A stretch of 64,000 bases of DNA, taken from the NCBI GenBank assembly GCA_028534125.1, contig CM052817.1:8868001-8932000 (forward strand), given 5' to 3'. Below are positions 53,426 to 64,000 of the stretch, piece after piece (position 1 is the first letter of the stretch; every line of letters begins with the position of its first letter). Both the position numbers and the translations under genes were made by a program. Under the pieces are notes generated by a model. It worked only from the letters and a program-made list of their open reading frames with translations. It had not been told where the DNA came from and searched no databases. Origin of the DNA: Lama glama (taxonomy: Eukaryota).

Positions 53426-54075
53426 AGTTGTGTAGATTTCTATAACCACCAGAACAGCCTAGATACAGAACAGTTCCTTCACCACATAGGAAATTACAAA
53501 TGCTCCCCCTTGACAGTTATGCCCAACCCTGACAACCACTCATCTGTTCTCCATCTCTCTAATTTTGTCACCTTACTAATGCTAAATAAACAGAATCATA
53601 CAGTATACAACACTTTTTGAGACTGGTACTTTTCATTCAGTTTACTGTGCTTAAGAGCCATCTAAGCTATTGTATGAATCTACAACTTTCTCCTTTTTAT
53701 TGCTTAGTAGTATTCCATTGAATGGATTTATGACAGTTTGTTTAACCAGTCACCCTCTGAAGGACATTAGGTTGTTCAAAGAATTTAACTATTACAAATA
53801 AAGCTGCTATTTTTAATTTTTATAAATAAAGTTGGATATTTGTGACAAGGTTTACATGCAAAACTTTTCATTGCTCTGTGGTTAATACTCTGAAGTGGAA
53901 TTGCTAGGCCATATAAACAGCATATTCTTAACTTTATAAAGCACTGACAAACTGTTTCCAAGAAAGCTGTAGCATTTTGCATTCTCATCAGTGATGCATG
54001 AAAGATCAGATAATTCCTCATCTTTAACATAACTTGGTATTATTATTTTTCTTTAATTTTAGCCATTTTAACAGC
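53426..54075 (-). mobile_element. Old L1 (L1MB/MC-like) 3' fragment
   Basis: ccctgacaaccactcatctgttctccatctct, tttttattgcttagtagtattccattg, ctattacaaataaagctgctat. Confidence 0.85.
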
Positions 54076-55102
54076 CCCATCTGTAAGTAGTTACTTTTTC
54101 AAGAATCTGAGATAAAATTCATTTCCTTATTTGGCAAAGCTATACACATGTAAACGTGTGTATAGCATGGCATGTTTATGTGTGTATATAAGATGTGTAT
54201 TTTATTAACATAGTAATAATTATATTATTAGAGATAATCATGGCAGAGAAATGTAATGGTTTCATATCAGATATCATATGTATATCACAGACACTTTGTA
54301 AATGATAAAATATTATATAAATAAAAGGAGTATTTGTTTAGCATTCTTTAGAAACCTTTAGGGAGAAATTAGAAGGTGACTGGATACAGTAGTCCCTAGT
54401 GACAGGGATGGGATAGGTTCTAATGTTGTCAACAATGAGAATTCATCAGGAAAGTAATACAACTAAAGTTAAGACTTTGGAAGATCCACACAGTGTCATT
54501 GTGGGGAATGAAATAAATGGAAAGGATGGTGGAGTAAAGACTAGATAGCAGCATTAGAAAAACTTCATAAAAATTGTACAAATTGTAGAGGGAATAGAAA
54601 GGAAGAGAAAGAATCTGGTAGAGCATATTGTGAAAGAAGAACCTGTAAACAACAGAATGATGAGGTTTAGGAGGATGCAAGATGATTAAAACAGGAATAA
54701 AGTCAGAATTAAACACAGGCCTAGTGTGAACAGAGGGGTTGTGACAAATAATAACATTAACAGCATTAGGAACTCATGGCTGTGCTGGGTTTTACTTGGA
54801 CTCCATAATCCTTACACCTGTCCCATGACACAGGGACAATCAACTGCATCTACAGATAAAGAAACTGAAGGTCAAAGAGTTAGGAGCTTGTCTGAGATCA
54901 AACTGTGAGCAGAATTTTGGTTCTGTCTGTGAAATAAGACACAAATAATATCAATATAATTGTTAAAATATTTAAATAAGATCATATCTATCAGGTTTTA
55001 AGGGCCATATAAATTTTATCTAGTATTATTTTATCATTAATTCTTCTCTAAAGGTTGAATTAACCAAAAAAAAAAACTAGGATATTAAAGATGGGCACAT
55101 TT

Positions 55103-55220
55103 GGTGGGGGGAAGGAAGTAATTGGGTTAATTTATTTTTAGGTGTGATACTGGGGACTGAACCCAGGATTTCATGCACGCTAAGCATGTGCTCTACCACT
55201 TGAGCTATACCCTCCCCACC
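55103..55220 (-). mobile_element. tRNA-Ala-derived SINE (camelid vic-1-like)
   Basis: Reverse complement ggggagggtatagctcaagtggtagagcacatgcttagcgtgcatgaaatcctgggttcagtccccagta; perfect 15-bp TSD aagatgggcacattt at 55088-55102 and 55221-55235. Confidence 0.93.
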
Positions 55221-55939
55221 AAGATGGGCACATTTTTCTTCCTATAAAAAATAGATATCATCACCTATTAAATGCATTTTATATCCAAAGTAAAAGCTTT
55301 TTGGGTTTATTTCCATGATCTTTCATCAGAACCTTTAATCTAAAAAAATTAATATGATGTGGAGCTCAGAAATCTTTTAATTTTCCATCAATTATGCATG
55401 CATATAAATGTGCACATGAGCAAATATTGCAGACCAAAATAATATTTTATCCCCATTTTTCTAAAGAATGTCAAGAATGATAAATTTGAATATTTGTGGT
55501 AAACACTCGGCGAAATGTCAGAAACATTACTTTTGCAAGACATTGTCTCATTGTCTGCTCTTTGTAATCAGTTTAATTTTTATTGGGAAAAAGCAACAAT
55601 CACAAATCAGCCTTCTTGTGTCCTTTGAATTCTTATGGCTGCAAATGAGGCTTCCAGCCGTGTCAATTTCATTTTGCAAAGGCACCACATTGAATCATTA
55701 ATTACCTATGAAGGTACTGCATTCTCATCTTCTTCTGGTAGGAAAAAAATATAAATCAGACTGGAACCTGGGGCTGTGAAGTAATTTTTTCTTAAAATGC
55801 CATCTGCCAGGTTCCACTTCAGAACATCCAGAAATCATTACAGGTGAGGGAAAGAGGGAAGAGGGAGGGTAGTGACGCATCAGACTGTCAGGGTGTCTCG
55901 TCTTAGCAGTCTGGGTTGTCACACCTGCGCCTGCCTTCA

Positions 55940-56420
55940 CCAGCCCCTGCCCCCCACCTTGGATTAATGACACAGCCTCCTAACTCATCTCCCTGTCCTC
56001 AGTCTTACCTACCCATCAATCTGTGCAGTTAGGGCAGTCGCTTCATAATGCCCATCCGACCACGCATCTTCCCTGCTCATAATCTCTCAAAAGGCTTCCC
56101 ATCCCTGTGAGAATGTCAGGAGTTCCTGTAAGAACAGCAAGCCACTCACACCCAACCCCCCATGCACCTCTACAGCCTCATCACCCAACACTATCCATCT
56201 GATAAACCATACTTCTACCCTGTTTAATTATCATAGTCACCTTATTCCTAATCTTATTGTTTTGGTAACCACTACTTCAGGCAAAGTTCAGTATGTGTTT
56301 TACCTCCTCTAAGTACTCCATAACCTTCTCCCTGATCACCAGTCACCGTTACTCATCCACCTCAGCCAGCAGACTGGACATGGTGCCCTACAAGCGGGTT
56401 TCAGCAGTCTTCAACAATTA
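55940..56420 (+). mobile_element. L2 fragment
   Basis: ccttggattaatgacacagcctcctaactcatctccctg, ccctgctcataatctctcaaaaggcttccca. Confidence 0.6.
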
Positions 56421-57137
56421 TAACATGTTAAAGTTGTCTTTGACTTTATTTCATCTTCTAATAGATTATGAGAAAAAGAGCAAACACCATGTTATATTTG
56501 CCAGCATTGGTGCAGTCCCAGTATTACAGATGTGGTTGGCAGGGAAAGAAAAGTCATCTATGAAGGTATTTGAAATGGAAGGAAGAGAGAGGGAAGGAAG
56601 GGAAAGATGAAAGGAAGGAAGGAGCAATAAAGGATTGTGGTGTAGAGTGAAGTGCGGTGGACGGGATGGCCAAGTTTTAAACTATTTGAGCATATGTTTC
56701 TGCATCTGTAAAATAAGCTTCAAAGAATCCCTAGGGTTTATTTTAATTTGAAAATGCTGATTCTATGACTCAGGGTCAGCAGTCTGAGGGTGATTTTAGC
56801 AGTAGGAAAAGGCAGAATTTCTGGTGAAGCTGGACATCCTAGTCTTGGAGCTCAGGAACTGCCTGGACACACAGCCTTCATTTAATTCTTCTCAAGTACA
56901 AAAATCAGTAAAAATCTGCAAGCTAATGCTGGCATTCTGAATGCTCCACATTTGTCACTATTGTTATCACAACCCAACCACTTCCAGACCTTTTCAACTC
57001 TGCAAACAGTCTGAGCAACTGAGATCACACCTGGAGAAGACTGGAGCTCCCTTGGAGCTTGACCCTATGCCTTATTTATGCATTCCACAAATGTTACTAG
57101 AATTTATTTGATTTTTCTCCTTTTTTATATATAGTGG

Positions 57138-57330
57138 TTAAAACAAATTTCTCCTGTATAGCACAGGGAACTACATTCAATATCTTGTAATAACGTTTAA
57201 TGAAAAAGATGAAAATGAATATATGTGTATGTATATGTGTGTGTGTATGTACATGATTGAGAAATTATGCTATACACCAGAAACTGACACATTGTAACTG
57301 ACTATACTTCAATTAAAGCAAACAAACAAG
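57138..57330 (+). mobile_element. Short L1 3'UTR insertion
   Basis: cctgtatagcacagggaactacattcaatatcttgtaataa ... acacattgtaactgactatacttcaattaaa followed by (caaa)n. Confidence 0.9.
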
Positions 57331-57454
57331 CATCTATTTGATAACTAGTACTATACTAAGCACTAAGATATGATTAAGAATAAGACCTAATTTCTTCTGT
57401 CTTAAAGCTTTAGTTTTGTAGTAACCACAGACACTAAACAAGTATATCTATCTT

Positions 57455-57597
57455 GATGATTTCACAACATGACAGGAAAACCCCAACTCAAACTGGATAA
57501 GCAGAAGAAATATACTGGTTATGAAACTGAAGACCCTATCAGAGGTCCACTTCAGGTATATATTGATCCAGGTACGCATAAAGAAGACACAGGCAAG

Positions 57598-57642
<45 letters not shown>

Positions 57643-57985
57643 CCCTTTCTTTTTATTCAGTATAAGATGGCGACTTTAGCTCAAGCCTCTACATCTTTCT
57701 TGATTTATGTCCACAAGAAAGAGAAAGCTACTATCCCAATAACATTTTATGGCCCAGAACTGAATTTCATTTAGTTACACTATCCTGATTCGAGTCTGAG
57801 AGAACAGTGGGGAAGAGTTCAATAAATGTCTTAGTCTAGGTCATGCAGGCTTACCCTGGAGGGAGCCTTGGGATGAAGTCAGATTCACTTAAGGCTCATG
57901 GACTCTCAGAAACTAAATTGCAATTCTCCTGAAGCAAGTAGTTTCAGGAAAGTTGCCAGCAGGAAAACCCAACAATATGTGCTGC
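57455..57985 (-). mobile_element. Old MLT1 (K/L-like) LTR with (CA)n at 57599-57641
   Basis: tgacaggaaaaccccaactcaaactggataagcag antisense LTR end. Confidence 0.55.
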
Positions 57986-58380
57986 TAAAGTTTAAATGTT
58001 GGTAAGTCATATGAAAGAGACAAATTAATGTAGAAAATAAAATTGAAGAAAATACCTAACTTAGAGAGCTTAGCCTTCTTTAGGGAAAACTCCCCCAAAA
58101 AAGTGAGCTTTCAATGAGATAGGATCTGTCAGAGGACAAGAAGGAATCAACCATATGGAAATTCCTGGGAACAGTATTCCAGGCAAAAGAAATAAAAACA
58201 AATGTCCTGAGTCTGAGAGGTTGACCACTTCTGGACACTGTGAGACCAGTGTGGCTGTACTGTGGTGAGACAGACAGCAAAGCAAAAGGTAAGATATTCA
58301 GGCAAGGATTCGAGCAGGGAGGGCCTTGTGCCACTTAGGGGATTTTAATTGTATTCTAAATATTGTAGGAAGCCACCCAT
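57986..58380 (-). mobile_element. L2 fragment
   Basis: gggaacagtattccaggcaaaagaaa, agaccagtgtggctg, ggaagccac. Confidence 0.65.
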
Positions 58381-61300
58381 GGATTTATTCCTCTTACTCC
58401 CCAGTTTTGCTGAGCCAATTATTCAACAAAGCACTATATTTTATTTATTCAATAAATAAATAGATTGGAGATGCCCAGAGTAGGCATGCTCTAGCCTTCG
58501 AGGAATCTTTACAGTCTAAAGAGTGGAAGAGAGACAAGGAGACAACACCATGGAGAAACAGAAAGAGAACCAGTTGTATCTGATCTTCTTCCTGCTAGAA
58601 ATTGCGCTAAGTATGTCATGCACGTTTCCACTAAATCTTACAGTCACTATGCAAGACAAACATCATTTTTCAGAAAGAGGACATCCAAGTATCCACAAAC
58701 TAAGGAACTGGTCTGAAGTCTTACCCAGAGATTAAGTGGTAGAGATGGGGTTTGAATTTAGATCTGATTGACTCTTAATAATACAAGACCTTCTTTATGT
58801 CATAATCAGGTGGTCATTTACATATAGCTTCTGCTAGTTCCACAAAAATTCCACAGTGGATAGTATCTTTCCCTTAATGATAAAATCCGTACAGCCTCGA
58901 ATAAATAAATATATTCCCAAGGTCACAGAGCAAGCACACAGCACAGCAAGATACCAAAAAGCAGGGTCACCTGGGTCTAAAGCCAGTGTTCTCTCTGTCC
59001 CTCCACACTGCTTCTAAGATCCATAAATAAAAAGTGCTTTGCTGATTCAGAAAAAAATAAAGTCCAGGTCCAGTTGAAGAATTAAGGGAGGCTCCTTGTT
59101 TGGGGAGCAACTTGCTGGTGAGACACTGAATGAACCTGTGTGGTCTGGTTGTGGGGGGTGGGAGGCAGTGTCTTTGACTATGAGGGGCTCAAGCAGTTTC
59201 TGCCACCCTCTCATCCCAGCAGGTCTTAAAGGACAGAAATTAAACATACACAGGCCAGCCCTCCTGGAAAGTCCCACACTGTCTGGGGCTCCCATCTCTT
59301 TGCAAGCCTCCTCTCCTTCCCTGCTGACTATTTCAGGGGAAATTCGCTTCCAGTGAACAGACAAAAGTACAAACCTGATAATTCTGACTTCACCAGCTAA
59401 ACGCTGAACCAGTTCTCACAGTTTATTACTCTGTTGCCCCAGTTGCTCGCATCCCCCATGCCCAAGACACCCGTGGGTACCAAAGAGAGGGGAAGCTGGT
59501 GTGATGACTCAGGTGGCTTGTATTACTTCCTGTGGATTAGTGCTTTGAGGATGCTCCTTCTGGTCTCACTTCTCCATAGAGTGTGCTACTTCACTTGTGC
59601 TGAGCATCCAACATGGGCCAAGTGCCCGGATGAGTGTCCCCTACACCCGTGAGCAGAACAATAGTCCCAGCCTACCTTCACAGGGCTTATAGTCATGGAG
59701 AGAGAAAACACCAAGAATCACAACTCAACGTGATTTTTATTATGTTTTATTTTTAGCAGGATGAGGTGTATTATAGCCATCAGTGCCCCTTAGAGGAATC
59801 TCAAGAGTATGACCACTCACTCTTCTGGACTCTAAGTTGTCCAAACCCAGCCTTAAACCCTGTGCTTACATCTCCACTTAAACTGCAGGGAACACGTGTC
59901 TCCTTTGAGGTTAGCTGAAAGTGCAAATTAAATGAAAACCTTTTCAATTAAGATTTATTAGCTTGAACTTAGAAAGTACATGTTACAAGGACAAATAATA
60001 CACTGCATACTACAGAAGAAGCACTTACAACAGGGAAAGGACAGACCCGAGGCCAGCACACAGTCACACTCTCCTTGGTATAAAAAGGTAGCATTAATCC
60101 CTCCACAGAGAGATAATCACTATCAATAATTTAGTGTAGTGCTCACAGGAGAACTTACCCATCAGCTTGGCTTCCAGCCTTTCTGTCCTGGGAACCTAGT
60201 CTGTATTTCCAGAAAATCTCACCACCACTTCACCCTTAGAGCTGCTTCTCCGGGCTCCCTAGCAATTTCCACATCTCCTACCCAGACTGCCTTATCCTAC
60301 CTTTCTCAAAAATGGATAGTTCTATGATTGAATTAAAACAGCACCCACTCTGCGAATTGTGCTCTGAATTCCTACAGGCAGAACTGATGGGTCTTGCTTT
60401 TGTGATCTTGAACCAGCTTCTTAGGCTTCTAACAGGACACTTACCAAATTAGAGCCCAGATAATGTACACATGTCCTTCACTGTCTGTGAACCCTCCATA
60501 TCTTTAACATATAGCACAGTGACTTGCCTCACTCCTGGTAGATACGCAAACCAAGGATTGATTTCATAATGATAAGATAGTATCTTATAATCTATTACAT
60601 CATGGATTCAACAGAAGTTCACATTGCATAACAGCAGCTTGACCAAGGATATTAAGTACAAAGGAAAACATTAAATGAAGAAATTGGACGGGCACACTTG
60701 TCTAAGTGGATACAGTTGTTTGAGAATTTCCCATAGGAAACCTCATGGGCCATCTTTTCTCCATCTATACCATGTTTGAAGGTTAACTTCTCAGCATTAA
60801 GCAAATAATAAATAACAAAAAATATGTATATATACCAGCATAAAAACTGAGCCATGTGGTTTTGGTACTAAAAATATCTTTATCACAAATGTAGTATATG
60901 TTCATTGTAGGAAATTTAGAAGATGGAGAAAAATAAAGAGAAAAAAGAGCATTAATCCTTCTGCAGACAGATAACCACTATTAATAACTGAGTGTACACG
61001 CTCCATGTTTTGTTGGTATATAGTATCTAAAATATGTACTCTATCTTTATCCTTCCTTCTTCTTCTCTTCTTTCTCCACCCTCCTTTCCTTCCACCTTTC
61101 CTCTCTTTCATCCCTTTTTCTCTCTTTGTAAATATTTATATAGGCAGTTCTCCAAAGTATAAGATGCCAAATCGTGTATACAGTGTCCCCCCTTTTGTGT
61201 AAGGACCAGAAAGAATATGACTATATATTTGTTTTTGCTTATATTTTCATAAAGGATCTAGGAGCATACATAATAAAGTTGTAAAAGTGGTTTCCAGGTG

Positions 61301-61434
61301 GGGAGAGCTGGGGAAAACGAGGTGGATGTGGACAAAAGTGGAAGCAAAAAGTCTTCCTTTGCACTGAGTATCAGCTCATACATCATTCTTGCTTTTGTGT
61401 CAGATGACTGTATCACTAAATAAAAATAATAATC

Positions 61435-61923
61435 ATGGCAGGTCACACATGCCCTCTTGTAATGTGCCCTTGTGACTCCCCACCTAGAGGAGAGCCTGTT
61501 TCCCATGTTCTCTCCATCCTTTTGAACTCAGAGGGACTCTGTGAGTGCTTGTCCAACAGAGTGTCATGGAAGTGATGCTGTGTTAGTACCGGATGCCATC
61601 AATTGGCATAGAAGCTTCCACTTCTTGCCACTGGAGAGCTGGCAGTCATGTAAAATGCAACTACCACTCATTCACCATGCTCGGAGAAGCTGAAGCCTGG
61701 TGAAGAAGCCAAGAAGGGTCAGGACCCCAGATATATGAGTAAAGAAACCCCTGGGTGTCCAGCTGGGACACACCCTCAGCTACAATCTCACTACAGCTGT
61801 AAGGCAGACGCCAAGTGAGTGTCGTCCAGTCAACCTGCAGAAGTTGTGAGTCACAATCATGCATTTTATTTTAAGAAAGTCCTTCTGGGATGGGATGGCT
61901 TGTAGCAATAGGCAATCTGAGCA
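61435..61923 (+). mobile_element. MLT1G/H-like LTR
   Basis: tgtccaacagagtgtcatggaagtgatgctgtg, agcttccacttcttgcc, ttgtagcaataggcaatctgagca end. Confidence 0.7.
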
Positions 61924-61974
61924 GAAATAGCACCATTTAGGTCAACAAATATTCACCATTCACCAATCCTGCAG

Positions 61975-62200
61975 GGAATGGGTTGAGAATTTACATTTTA
62001 GGGCTGGGCTGCCTGCATTCAAATCCTACCACTCTCCTCTCTGTGTGATTTTAGACAAATTTCTTCACCTTTCTGTGCCTTCATTTTCTATAAAATGGGG
62101 AGAGTTAAACATACCTTGAAAAGATGGTATGAAAATATAGTAACATCCAAAATAACAGCTGACACATAGAAAGTGTTCATTAAATATGAGCTATTATTAC
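61975..62200 (+). mobile_element. MIR SINE
   Basis: ctgcctgcattcaaatcctaccact ... ctttctgtgccttcattttctataaaatgggg ... taaatatgagctattatt. Confidence 0.85.
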
Positions 62201-62219
62201 ATGCAAAGAATTGTGAAAA

Positions 62220-64000
62220 GTTTTGTCAGTTTATTTCTTAATAGTTATTTCTTAATAGTAATCTCGAGTAACCCTCGAGTAAGTAATAGGCATTAGGTAT
62301 TATTCCTGAAAATGCTGTGATGGAGATTTTATATATATATATATAAAACACATATATACACACATATATATATATTACATAAATAATTTTTTGGTAAATT
62401 TGAACCTCTATGTTTATCAATGGAACTGGACTGGAATTATATTCTTTGGAGTGTCTTTCACAAGTTCACAAGATTATGTTTGCCTCATAAAATGCTCTGA
62501 TTTGTAATAATTTGGATAAATTATAACTTATAGATTCCTAAAGAGTTGTAAATCCACTATACAAATGCCTGGGGATTTTTGCTTTGAATTTATCACTTTG
62601 AAAACCTTCAGTACTTTTTTTATTGAGTTATAGTCATTTTACAGTGTTGTGTCAAATTCCAGTGTAGAGCACAATTTCTCAGTTACACATGAACATACAT
62701 ATATTCATTGTCACATTTTTTTTGCTGTGAGCTACCACAAGATCTTGTATATATTTCCCTGTGCTATACAGTATAATCTTGTTTATCTATTCTACATATG
62801 TCTTTCAGTATCTACAAATTTTGAACTCCCAATCTATCCCTTTCCACCCCTCTCCCCCTTGGCAACCAAAGTTTGTATTCTATGTCTATGAGTCTGTTTC
62901 TGTTTTTCATTTATGTTCTTTTTTTTAGATTCCACATATGAGTGATCTCATATGGTATTTCTCTTTCTCTTTCTGGCTTGCTTCACTTAGAATGACATTC
63001 TCCAGGGACATCTATGTTGCTGCAAATAGCATTATGTTGTCATTTTTGTGGCTGAATAGTATTCCATTGTGTAAATATTTCTGCACAGCAAAGGAAACCG
63101 TAAGTAAAACAAAACGACAGCCTATGGAGTGGGAGAAAAATTTTGCAAACAATGAAACCGACAAAGACTTGATCTCCAGAATACATAAGTAGCTCATATG
63201 ACTTAATAAGAAACAAACAAACAAACAATCCAAAAATGGGCAGAAGACCTAAAAAAGCAATTTTCCAAGGAAGAAATACAAATGATCAATAGGCACATGA
63301 AAAAATGCTCAATATCAATAATTTTCAGAGAAATGCAAACCAAAAGTACAATGAGGTATCACCTCACACCAGTCAGAATGCCCATCATTCAAAAGTCCAC
63401 AAATGACAAATGCTGGAGAGGCTATGGAGAAAAGGGAACCCTCCTTCACTGCTGGTGGGAATGCAGTTTGGTGCAGCCACTGTGGAAAACAGTATGGAGA
63501 TTCCTCAAAAGACTAGAAGTAGACTTACCGTATGACCCAGGAATCCCGCTCCTGGGCATATATCCAGAAGGAACCCTACTTCAGAAAGACACCTGCACCC
63601 CAATGTTCATAGCAGCACTATTTACAATAGCCAAGACATGGAAACAGACTAAATATCCACCTTCTGTGCATTTTTAATTTATTCTAACCACATTGGGAAG
63701 AAATAGATGGTGTCTAATTAGGTGGTATCATGCTTGGATCATTTGAAAGTTCCTTTGCCATGTAGTACCATGGAAAAGTTAAGCAGTAACATGCAACTTC
63801 ACCAGCAGGTATGGTCCTATATTTTTTGCCTGGCTGTATATATAGTTCCTGTTTTTCCTTTCACTGTGTATGTCGTACGGCCGTATCTAAGAATTCTAGT
63901 TTTCAGCTTTATTGATTTGGTGGGTGAAACTTTCTGATTTGAACATTAATTATTCAACTTTATTTTATTATTTCTTTCATTTCTCATCTTATTCTACACA
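62220..64000 (-). mobile_element. Very old L1 ORF2 remnant hosting the young inverted L1
   Basis: ctctatgtttatcaatggaactggactgg, ttatgtttgcctcataaaatg, atgcctggggatttt and T-rich decayed ORF2 after 63660. Confidence 0.5.
62615..63658 (-). mobile_element. Young L1 3' insertion with 5' inversion (twin priming)
   Basis: Poly(T) plus antisense 3'UTR/ORF2 end 62615-63077, then sense ORF2 63079-63658 ([19 protein letters not shown] cysteine-rich motif); decayed TSD accttcagtac (62604-62614) / accttctgtgc (63659-63669). Confidence 0.93.

Noticed and set aside
54139..54166. Hairpin gctatacacatg-taaa-cgtgtgtatagc as a structured RNA
   Set aside because: Too short for a pre-miRNA and made of alternating purine-pyrimidine low-complexity sequence.
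54430..54720. Possible ancient RTE/L4-like LINE remnant
   Set aside because: Purine-rich coding-like texture, but no motif I can assign with confidence.
62938..63233. Novel chimeric peptides across the L1 inversion junction
   Set aside because: By-product of joining antisense and sense ORF2; no promoter or splicing evidence.
920..63937. ORF track as protein-coding genes
   Set aside because: ORFs are short, fall in repeats, low-complexity tracts or N runs and show no recognisable domains. Only L1 ORF2p remnants (52837..53085, 63282..63677) are real protein homology.
1..64000. CRISPR array, operon or other prokaryotic/viral system
   Set aside because: No repeat-spacer array or gene-dense segment, and the content is uniformly mammalian.

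Overview
Mammalian (eutherian) genomic DNA, AT-rich and CpG-depleted, most likely a camelid (alpaca/llama/camel), inferred from three tRNA-Ala-derived SINEs resembling the camelid vic-1 family. The window looks intergenic or intronic. I find no credible host protein-coding exon, functional RNA gene, CpG island or CRISPR array. It is dominated by interspersed repeats: old MIR, L2, MaLR (MLT1) LTRs, hAT/Tigger DNA-transposon relics and L1 fragments of several ages, plus microsatellites and two fixed-size assembly gaps (100 N and 500 N). The only ORFs with recognisable protein similarity are L1 ORF2p C-terminal remnants. Repeat subfamily names come from recalled consensus resemblance, not a database search, and boundaries are approximate. 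I did not find a new biological system. The most interesting signals are retrotransposition scars: a five-segment scrambled L1, two inverted L1s whose inversion junctions fall within about 4 nt of the same ORF2 position, and a tail-less internal L1 fragment. There is also a perfect 36-bp palindrome, a candidate CTCF site and several candidate conserved non-coding elements.
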